From a virus, in IMG/VR virus record IMGVR_UViG_3300045241_000217, positions 45,171 to 109,170 of that record: 64,000 nucleotides of DNA, one strand, 5' to 3'. The position numbers were made by a program, and so were the translations under genes. This document shows, one piece after another, positions 1 through 6,540 of the stretch. Each line of letters opens with the position of its first letter. The first letter of the stretch is position 1. The notes beneath the pieces were generated by a model. That model was given only the letters and a program-made list of their open reading frames with translations, made no database searches and was not told where the DNA came from.

Positions 1-1752
1 ACGGTCCGCTGGCGAGAGCACCGACGTCGGCGTCTGTCCCTCGCGCGTGCCGTCGGGGAGGCGAGCGCCGAACATCGCGTCAGCCGCCTCATCGGCTGCC
101 GATCGCATGGTGTCGATCGGATGCGCCAACGTGCTCAATGGCGTCGCGCCTCCGCCGCCCGCTCCACCGCCCGGGGGCGTGATGCCGAGGAACTGGAACA
201 CGCCGTTCATGAGCGTCCCGAGGTTCTCGACGAGGTAGGCCGCGACGCGTTCGATCTGCGGGAGCAGAGCGGCCACCTGGTCCATCTCGGTGTTCCGGAT
301 CGACTGGTAGCTGCTCGCGAGGCTCTGGCCCACGCCCGCGCTGCGGTTGCGGTACGCAGCCTCGGCCGAGCCCACTGACGCTGCGCCGCGTGCGCCACGC
401 CCGCGCCTGCTCAGGAAGTCGGAGCCCTCCTGCGTTCCCACGCCCCCGTGCAACTGCGACGCGTCGCCGCCCTCCAGCGCATCGATGTCGGTCTCGGTCA
501 GTTGCTGGCCGGTGAGTTCGGGCCCGAGCGATCGGATGAGCTGTCGGATGGACTCGCGGTTGCCGCCGCCCGCGGTGCGCAGTTGCCGCACGGCGTTCTC
601 CATCACCTGGTCGGGTGTCTCTTGCAGACGGCGCATCGCGTCCGAGTACGTGACGCCCCGCTGCCCGTAGCCAGCGGCTTGGAGCGCGACGATCGACGAG
701 ACGTTCCCGCTCGGCCGGAAGTGCCTGAGGTTCGACGTCGCGGAGCCCGCGAGGCTCATCGCGCGCTCGCCGCCGAGACCCATGCGCCCGAGCCCCTGCA
801 CGAGCTGCTCGATCGACTCCGCCGAGAGATCGGCGCCCTCCATGCGCGCGCTGTCGAGCGAGGAACTCAGGGCCTCCACGTACTCTGGGAGGCGAGCCTC
901 TCGCACGCCGGCCACCATGCCGGCGGTGATGGCATGCTGGATCAGCCGCGTCGGATTGTCGGCGTGTCCGCCGGACGTTGTCTGCGCGCGCAGGAGCCCC
1001 GCTCCGTTGATGCCCGCGCCGAACTGCGCTTCGAGCAGCGTCCCCTGCGTGCGCGGATCGAGCTCTTCACCCGTCATACCCGCACCCTGCGCGAAGGCAC
1101 CGTACTGCGTGGCAGCCTGCCCAGCGTCGAGCCCGTAGCGTCCGTACCGACCGCTCGTGCGACCACCGCTGCCCAACGCGCCGTACGCGGCCGCACGAGC
1201 CTGCTCCTGCGCGACGTACTGCTGATAGTGCTGCCCGGCCGCGCCCATCGCCCCGCCGAGCACGCCGCCTACGACGGGGATGGAGCTCACCGCCGACTGA
1301 TAGAACCCGCCCTGGCCTAGCTGGCTGAAGAGCCCGCCCGCCGTGCTGCCGAGCCGCGAGGCCATCGGGTTCCCGCCGCCACCGCCAGCGGGACCGCCGC
1401 CGCGGTTGCCGAGCAGCCGGGTCAGATCCCGGACGGCCGCAGCCATGTCATTGGCGCCCCCGAACGGTGGCCCGCCGCCTCCGCCACGCGGCCCACCCTG
1501 TGGCTGGTTGCTGGGCGGGAAGAACGAGCCTCCGAAGTGCCCGCCGCCTCCACCGCGCCCGCCCATCGTCTGCTCGAGCCGGCCCGCCGCCTTGGTCAGC
1601 GCCTCGATGTGGCGAGCGCTGCGTTCGAGCGAGCGCTCGAACGCCTGGAGCATCTTCTCGTCGAACGCGCGGTGCAAAGTCGCGTCGAGGCCCTTCAGCG
1701 CGCGGTCGTCCACGCTGTACTGAAGGGTCGTCTTGATCTTCTGATCCGTCAT
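1..1752 (-). CDS. Tape measure protein, N-terminal part (runs off the window)
   Basis: Long frame from ATG at 1752 (MTDQKIKTTLQYSVDDRALKGLDATLHRAFDEKMLQAFERSLE...), Gly/Ala-rich and helical. It follows the tail tube and chaperone genes. Absent from the ORF track, consistent with no stop inside the window. Confidence 0.75.
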   Translation of the reverse strand, partial: MTDQKIKTTLQYSVDDRALKGLDATLHRAFDEKMLQAFERSLERSARHIEALTKAAGRLEQTMGGRGGGGGHFGGSFFPPSNQPQGGPRGGGGGPPFGGANDMAAAVRDLTRLLGNRGGGPAGGGGGNPMASRLGSTAGGLFSQLGQGGFYQSAVSSIPVVGGVLGGAMGAAGQHYQQYVAQEQARAAAYGALGSGGRTSGRYGRYGLDAGQAATQYGAFAQGAGMTGEELDPRTQGTLLEAQFGAGINGAGLLRAQTTSGGHADNPTRLIQHAITAGMVAGVREARLPEYVEALSSSLDSARMEGADLSAESIEQLVQGLGRMGLGGERAMSLAGSATSNLRHFRPSGNVSSIVALQAAGYGQRGVTYSDAMRRLQETPDQVMENAVRQLRTAGGGNRESIRQLIRSLGPELTGQQLTETDIDALEGGDASQLHGGVGTQEGSDFLSRRGRGARGAASVGSAEAAYRNRSAGVGQSLASSYQSIRNTEMDQVAALLPQIERVAAYLVENLGTLMNGVFQFLGITPPGGGAGGGGATPLSTLAHPIDTMRSAADEAADAMFGARLPDGTREGQTPTSVLSPADR

Positions 1753-1853
1753 CGCGCTCAGAGCGTAGCGCGTTCCTTGCCCGCGCCGTTGCTCGTGCTA
1801 CCTGTCGATCGTCTGTCCCGCCCCAAGGGGTTCTACACGGTGCTCCTACACCC

Positions 1854-1923
1854 GATCGATCCGATGCGCGCATGCCTACGACCCCAAGGTCGCGGGACAG
1901 ACCTTGCTCGCGTCGGATCGATC
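1854..1923 (+). promoter_or_regulatory. Long leader hairpin upstream of the Cas7-like gene
   Basis: GATCGATCCGATGCGCGCA (1854-1872) pairs with TGCTCGCGTCGGATCGATC (1905-1923). The stem ends just before the GGAGG RBS at 1928-1932. Confidence 0.55.
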
Positions 1924-1937
1924 AGTTGGAGGCGCCC

Positions 1938-2564
1938 ATGTTGCGCATCGAAGTCGAGATCGAAGGCCGTACCCCGCTGCTGATGAATCGCATGTCGCCC
2001 GAGGCCCTGGAGGGCCTGCGGACGAAAGCGAAGGCCCCGAAGTCCAAGACCCAAGCGTCGCAGACACCCCGCGAGCAAGCTGAGGCTCACGTCTACAAGC
2101 GCACGGACGGCGCGCCGTACTTGCCGGTAGAGAATCTGCTCTCGTGCCTGATCGCAGCGGGCGTGTTCATCCGACTCGACGGCAAGCGTCAGATGAGCAC
2201 AGGCAAGAGCACGACAGTGCCTGGACTGTTCGAGATCGAGGAATCGTGGCTCCCGCTCGTCACGCCATCGGAGAACGGTGCGCGCCCACCGCTCACGTGG
2301 GATCCCGACATTCGCCAGGGCCGCAATCCGAACGGCGGGGAGGCGGTGTGCATCGTGCGGCCGCGCTTCGATCGTTGGGCAGCCTCGCTCACGATCTGCA
2401 TCGACACCGAGCAGATCGACGAGGCGAAGATTCGCGATCTCTTCGACATCGCCGGCAAGCGCATCGGGCTCGGTGACTTCCGCCCGTCGCGCAAGGGTAT
2501 CTTCGGCAAGTTCAACGTGGCCCGCTGGGAACGCCTCGACGCGATCTCTCAAGCCGCGGAGTAG
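1938..2564 (+). CDS. Stand-alone Cas7/RAMP-like RNA-binding protein (208 aa)
   Basis: RAMP signature: N-terminal strand LRIEVEIEGRTPLLMN, PYLPVENLLSCL helix, RPRFDRW strand and C-terminal Gly-rich loop AGKRIGLGDFRPSRKGIFGKF. GGAGG RBS precedes ATG 1938. Confidence 0.8.
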   Translation: MLRIEVEIEGRTPLLMNRMSPEALEGLRTKAKAPKSKTQASQTPREQAEAHVYKRTDGAPYLPVENLLSCLIAAGVFIRLDGKRQMSTGKSTTVPGLFEIEESWLPLVTPSENGARPPLTWDPDIRQGRNPNGGEAVCIVRPRFDRWAASLTICIDTEQIDEAKIRDLFDIAGKRIGLGDFRPSRKGIFGKFNVARWERLDAISQAAE

Positions 2565-2574
2565 TTTACTCCCG

Positions 2575-2700
2575 GGCTGTGAATGGCTCGGCAGCGCAGC
2601 GTTCTGCTCTGTACCGCTTGCCTACGCTCGGCAGGGTTTCGTGTGGCCTGCGCCGCGGCGCTCCGCATGGTCTGGTGCGGCACTGCAACGCAACGCAAGG
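2575..2700 (+). ncRNA. Pentamer-periodic NGY-NN tract 1 (25 units), candidate guide RNA
   Basis: GGC-TC GGC-AG CGC-AG CGT-TC TGC-TC TGT-AC CGC-TT ...; 23 of 25 units fit NGY, with one 4-nt unit at 2645-2648. Ends CGCAAGG. Confidence 0.75.
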
Positions 2701-2771
2701 GCCCCGTGATGGGGATGGTTCGCTCCGAGCATTGGGCTCGTTGCCGGTTTCGAGGACCGGACGGGGCATCA
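2701..2771 (+). ncRNA. tRNA-like cloverleaf between tracts 1 and 2
   Basis: 7-bp acceptor GCCCCGT/ACGGGGC, D-like stem GGGG/CTCC, GAGC-ATTGG-GCTC hairpin, T-arm CCGGT-TTCGAGG-ACCGG, then ATCA. Confidence 0.65.
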
Positions 2772-2780
2772 CGGAAGGAG

Positions 2781-2907
2781 TGTGGTGCGAGGTAGCGCGG
2801 TGTTCCGCAGCGCAGCGCCGGGTCGGGCGGGGTCGCGCACCGCTAGGTTCTGTAGCGCTCTGCGACGTGTCGCGGGGTAAGGCGACCCATCGCTCTGCTC
2901 TCCAAGG
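2781..2907 (+). ncRNA. Pentamer-periodic NGY-NN tract 2 (25 units), candidate guide RNA
   Basis: TGTGG TGCGA GGTAG CGCGG TGTTC CGCAG CGCAG CGCCG GGTCG ... TGCTC TCCAAGG; 23 of 25 units fit NGY in unbroken phase. Confidence 0.8.
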
Positions 2908-2969
2908 AGCCCTGGTGGCTGGTGGCTACGAGAGTCGGTCTCTCGGCGGGTTCGATGCCCGCTCGTAGC
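2908..2969 (+). ncRNA. tRNA-like structure between tracts 2 and 3
   Basis: GTGGC-TGGTG-GCTAC, GAGAG-TCGGT-CTCTC and T-arm GCGGG-TTCGATG-CCCGC. An alternative 7-bp stem GCTACGA/TCGTAGC can stack on the T-arm. Confidence 0.6.
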
Positions 2970-2973
2970 GTCT

Positions 2974-3055
2974 CGCGAGGTCGTGCTGGGCGAGGCGCGG
3001 CACTGGGCTGTGCGGTGACGTTCAGCGGTGCGCGGTACGGTGATGCAATCCAAGG
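2974..3055 (+). ncRNA. Pentamer-periodic NGY-NN tract 3 (16 units), candidate guide RNA
   Basis: CGCGA GGTCG TGCTG GGCGA GGCGC GGCAC ... TGCAA TCCAAGG; 14 of 16 units fit NGY. Followed by a GGCC-CTGC-GGCC hairpin. Confidence 0.75.
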
Positions 3056-3071
3056 GGCCCTGCGGCCAACA

Positions 3072-3608
3072 TCACCGATCGCCACGCGGGAGGGATCCGA
3101 GCAGAGCGCCGACGCGCTCTGCGCCAGGGCGAGGCGCTTCTTCCGGCTCGTCCTCGTCGGTCATCGCGAAACGAAGAGGCGGCTTGCTGGGATCGGTCTC
3201 GGAAAGCTCGAGGGCGTCCCACTCGGCGTCGCCCGTGAGGTGCGGTGCGTCGGCGAAGGCTCGCCCCTCCTCCGTGTTGTTCACGCGGAAGCGCCCACCC
3301 GACACCGGAGCCGGGAGCGTCTCTCCATCCATCGTCACCTGCGCCGGTGCCTCGCGAACATCTCGACGAGGCGTCTGCTGCGGTCGGTTCTTGGACCGCA
3401 CGCGCTCTAGGGCGTCGAGCCCGTAGACCTGCTCAAGCGCCTCCCTCATCGTCACCTGCGAGAGTCTCTCGTCGCTTGGAGGGAGGCGGAACCTTTCGGC
3501 CCACAGGAGCTTCACCACCTCCAGCGGGGGCATCGTCCGTTCCTCGAACGCCTTCGCCAGCATCTCCGGTGAGCGCGTCCCCGAAACGAAATCGAGCCTC
3601 GTGTTCAC
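3072..3608 (-). CDS. Second tail assembly chaperone ORF (probably frameshift-fused to the upstream ORF)
   Basis: Lies between the chaperone and the tape measure; W..RFRLPPSDERL motif; overlaps the upstream ORF by 176 nt in the +1 frame. Confidence 0.55.
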   Translation of the reverse strand: MNTRLDFVSGTRSPEMLAKAFEERTMPPLEVVKLLWAERFRLPPSDERLSQVTMREALEQVYGLDALERVRSKNRPQQTPRRDVREAPAQVTMDGETLPAPVSGGRFRVNNTEEGRAFADAPHLTGDAEWDALELSETDPSKPPLRFAMTDEDEPEEAPRPGAERVGALLGSLPRGDR

Positions 3609-3987
3609 GGCACCTCCCGAACAACGAGAAGTAGGGCGTCATGTCGTACGAATGTTCTCCGTCCGGCGCATACCAGTCGGGCCTCGGGAACTCCTTGGAG
3701 AAGCGAATGGCCACGCTGAGGTACGTGAGCGCCTCGACCTTCCGCCCGCCCAACTGATCGAACGAGGCGCCGTCGGGGAGGATGTTGGCGCGGAGTTGTG
3801 TGATGCGCGTCTCTTCCGCGATGCTCGGGACCTTGTAGTGGAAGCGGCCCACGTACTTGCGGCCGCGCTCTCCCACGACGTCGAGATCGATCATCTTGAT
3901 CGGCGACACGTCCTCGTCCGCGTCCGTCTTTTTCTTCTCGCCCCGCGCTTGGAGCTCGCGCTCCGCATCTTCGATGGTGCTCGCCAT
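3433..3987 (-). CDS. Tail assembly chaperone
   Basis: Synteny (after tail tube, before tape measure); G.F.YKVPSI.E...I..LR and P..DWY motifs typical of such chaperones; GGGAG RBS. Confidence 0.65.
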   Translation of the reverse strand: MASTIEDAERELQARGEKKKTDADEDVSPIKMIDLDVVGERGRKYVGRFHYKVPSIAEETRITQLRANILPDGASFDQLGGRKVEALTYLSVAIRFSKEFPRPDWYAPDGEHSYDMTPYFSLFGRCREHEARFRFGDALTGDAGEGVRGTDDAPAGGGEAPVGRKVPPPSKRRETLAGDDEGGA

Positions 3988-4096
3988 GCTCGTCTCCCTG
4001 TCAGCCCCGTGCCGACGTCAAGGCGTACCACGTACTGGCGCCGAGAGCCGAGCGCGCTAAACCATCGACGCGCGCACGAGCGTGCAGGAGGAACGA

Positions 4097-4414
4097 GTGA
4101 ACGATCTAGAGCGTGTCGCCCGCACGATCGCCGGGCTCTACAACAACGCGCGGGGCCCTGGCGTCTTCGGTCTCTTCGACACGAAGAAGATGTCGAGCGG
4201 TGAGGCGGTGTCGCTCGCGCGCAAGGCGATGGCCTCGTCGAACGGGATCTACTTCGACTATCACAACGCGCGCGTGATGAAGGTTCGGGTCCGCGCCGAC
4301 GGATCCGGGGAGGACGGCGATCTCTACGATCGCGACAACGGCCACGGGGCCTACCGTCGCGCGATCGAGCAAGGCCTCGCCGATGCGGCGTACGACTTCA
4401 CGGGCATCACGTGA
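4097..4414 (+). CDS. Hypothetical protein (YFDY..RVMKV..LYDRDNG motif)
   Basis: AGGAGG RBS, GTG start, good codon usage. Confidence 0.65.
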   Translation: MNDLERVARTIAGLYNNARGPGVFGLFDTKKMSSGEAVSLARKAMASSNGIYFDYHNARVMKVRVRADGSGEDGDLYDRDNGHGAYRRAIEQGLADAAYDFTGIT

Positions 4415-4617
4415 GCACCTGGAACGAGCCGCTCGACGAGCCACCGGAGCCCGACGCGTGGTCGGCGCACTCCGAATCGCAGTCGAACGCGTACGCCGCG
4501 ACGCACCGCCGCACGCAGTGGGGGTGGCACGGCGGAGTGACGCAAGGATGGGGGCGGCGCGCGGCGCGAGCGGGAGGCTTCAAGCGCAAGGCGCGTCGCC
4601 GCTTGGTGTCGCGGTGA
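4411..4617 (+). CDS. Hypothetical protein
   Basis: GTGA overlaps with both neighbouring genes. Confidence 0.5.
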   Translation: MSTWNEPLDEPPEPDAWSAHSESQSNAYAATHRRTQWGWHGGVTQGWGRRAARAGGFKRKARRRLVSR

Positions 4618-4850
4618 GCCTCGTGCATTACGCCCCTGCCGTCTCGCACGGCCAACTCCGCGATGGTCGCCACGTCGTTGTGGCGGTCACCCGATGCCGT
4701 CTCGTGGACGCTGCCCACGAGCACTTCAACCGCGAGGAGCCCTCGCGCGCGACGTGCGCCGAGTGTCGGCACCACGACGGCTCGCTCGATCCGAACCTGT
4801 GGCGCGTGCACGTGACGATCGAGGGGATGCCCATGGGAGGTGGACGATGA
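4614..4850 (+). CDS. Hypothetical Cys/His protein
   Basis: GTGA/ATGA translational coupling; CxxC motif. Confidence 0.5.
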   Translation: MSLVHYAPAVSHGQLRDGRHVVVAVTRCRLVDAAHEHFNREEPSRATCAECRHHDGSLDPNLWRVHVTIEGMPMGGGR

Positions 4851-5161
4851 AGGACGACGAGAAGAGCGGGCAGACCGCGATGGACTTCGACGGCGGAACG
4901 ATCGAGCCCGCGCTCGACGCACCACGCTTGGGCGCGCTGCTCACTGCGGTGCGGGACCTCATGCACGACGGGCGGTGGCGCACGTTCGCCGAGATCCAGT
5001 CCTCGATCGGGATGGGCAGCGAGGGTGGGATCAGCGCGCGGCTGCGCGACCTGCGCAAGGAGCGATTCGGGAGCCACACGGTCGAGCGCCGACGTCGGGG
5101 CGTGCCGAGCGACGGTCTCTTCGAGTACCGGCTCAAGCCGCTTCCCGAGACAGCGGGGTGA
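4847..5161 (+). CDS. Winged-HTH DNA-binding protein
   Basis: DGRWRTFAEI...SEGGISARLRDLRK.RFG.HTVERRRRG...FEYRL; GGAGG RBS. Confidence 0.65.
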   Translation: MKDDEKSGQTAMDFDGGTIEPALDAPRLGALLTAVRDLMHDGRWRTFAEIQSSIGMGSEGGISARLRDLRKERFGSHTVERRRRGVPSDGLFEYRLKPLPETAG

Positions 5162-5487
5162 GCGGCGAGGCGCTCGCCATCGCTCGCCTCAAGGCGAGGT
5201 GCTCCTCGCTCAGCAAGGTCATCGCGGATCTCACCGCGAAGCTCTCGGTGGCCGAGCGAGCTCTCGCCGAGCGAGACGCACAGCCCGGACTGTCCGTGGA
5301 CCGCACCGAGTGGGCTCGTCTCGTCGAGGTGGACCGCATGGCCGAGGAGTACGTCGCGCAGGCCGACAAGCGATGCGAGGTGCTCCGGCGCATCGTACGC
5401 ACGCGGAACGAGGAGATCGCCTCGCTCAAGGAGCAGCTACGTGGGGCGGGTGTGGCCGTCGAGCAGGACGGCCCGCTCACCGACTGA
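5158..5487 (+). CDS. Hypothetical coiled-coil protein
   Basis: GTGA coupling; heptad pattern. Confidence 0.5.
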   Translation: MSGEALAIARLKARCSSLSKVIADLTAKLSVAERALAERDAQPGLSVDRTEWARLVEVDRMAEEYVAQADKRCEVLRRIVRTRNEEIASLKEQLRGAGVAVEQDGPLTD

Positions 5488-5490
5488 TCG

Positions 5491-5931
5491 CTAGCTGACT
5501 TCGCTCTCGTCCAGGATGGCGATGCAGTTGAACTCGAGGTCCGTGAGCACGATGCCGCGCGCACCGGTCTGGATCTGGTAGCTCACGCACTTCACCCGCT
5601 GGATGGTCGCGAGCAGAATCCCCGTCGTCGGGTCCTCCACCGTGCCCGTCATCTCACCGCGGGTGAGGATGTCGCGCAGACGCGGGAAGATGACGATGCC
5701 GTCCCGGTTCTTCACGCTGTTGCCGATGACGCGGCACATCTGCGCGCTGAAGCTCGCGTCGTAGTCGATCGGCACGTTCTCGGCTGCCTCGAACTGGTCG
5801 AGGGGCTTCACGGGCGCGTGCTCGATGCGCTCGCCGTAGTTGCAGTTCATGGCCAGCGCGACCTTCACGCCGTCGAGGGAGAGCCGCGTGCGGGCGCCGG
5901 ACTGGATCAGATTGCGGAAGGGGTTGGCCAT
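5491..5931 (-). CDS. Tail tube protein
   Basis: 146 aa, beta-rich, downstream of the sheath; SGAR..LSLDGVKVA and TI..VKC.SY pattern. Confidence 0.8.
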   Translation of the reverse strand: MANPFRNLIQSGARTRLSLDGVKVALAMNCNYGERIEHAPVKPLDQFEAAENVPIDYDASFSAQMCRVIGNSVKNRDGIVIFPRLRDILTRGEMTGTVEDPTTGILLATIQRVKCVSYQIQTGARGIVLTDLEFNCIAILDESEVS

Positions 5932-5946
5932 GGCAGTTCTTCTCTC

Positions 5947-6540
5947 TCAGGCCGCAGCCTTGTCCTGGGCCTTGCGAACACGGGCGTACAGCGTGAAGTA
6001 GTTGATCCCCGTCGCGACCGACGCGTCCTTGATGGATGCGTACGTGACTCCTTCGAGTGTCACGGGGACCTTCGGTTTCCCGGAGCGGCGTTTCTCTGGC
6101 GACAGTGCAACACGCGGCTCCTGCCGAAGCACCCTGAGTCGGTGGTCGAGTGTGTTGTGATGGATGCCCGTCTCGGCAGACCAGTCCGCGATCGTCATTC
6201 GGCGACCGTCGTGCTCAACCCACACATTCCGCCGCGTGTTTCGTTTGTTCTGGGCCCTGGTGGCCCACCGAACGTTGCCAGGCTCGTAGCCCTTGCTGTT
6301 GTCGATGCGGTCGATCTCGTGAAGTGGACTTGGGCGCTTGCCCACCTCTGCGACGAAGGACGCTGGATCGACGAGCCATCCTTGGTGCACATCGATCCCG
6401 CGTCCGCCGTAATCCTTGAAGGAAGGATGGCTTGCCTGCCGGCAGCGATTGGTGATGTAGCGGAGCACGCGATACTCCACTGTCCGTGAGAGGCCGTGCC
6501 TCCGGATCGGTCGGCCAAGCGTGTCGAGTCGCTCGCTCAC
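5947..6540 (-). CDS. HNH homing endonuclease
   Basis: HGLS...EY...RC...YGGRGI.V...IDRIDNSKGYEPGNVRWAT..QN.RN plus C-terminal HTH repeats. GTG start overlaps the sheath stop codon. Confidence 0.9.
   Translation of the reverse strand: MSERLDTLGRPIRRHGLSRTVEYRVLRYITNRCRQASHPSFKDYGGRGIDVHQGWLVDPASFVAEVGKRPSPLHEIDRIDNSKGYEPGNVRWATRAQNKRNTRRNVWVEHDGRRMTIADWSAETGIHHNTLDHRLRVLRQEPRVALSPEKRRSGKPKVPVTLEGVTYASIKDASVATGINYFTLYARVRKAQDKAAA

Noticed and set aside
2701-2771. Functional tRNA gene
   Set aside because: The anticodon arm has a 5-nt loop, T8 is missing and the end is ATCA rather than NCCA; reported as tRNA-like only.
2575-3055. Simple microsatellite
   Set aside because: The dinucleotides vary freely while phase is retained, and three tracts share terminal motifs; slippage would homogenise the units.
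2565-3070. Canonical CRISPR array beside the Cas7-like gene
   Set aside because: No 23-47 nt direct repeats with unique spacers; conservation is limited to the 5-nt phase and the CAAGG ends.
2566-3085. Short ORFs overlapping the array on both strands
   Set aside because: Arg/Ala/Cys-rich, no RBS, and 5-nt periodicity is incompatible with codon structure.
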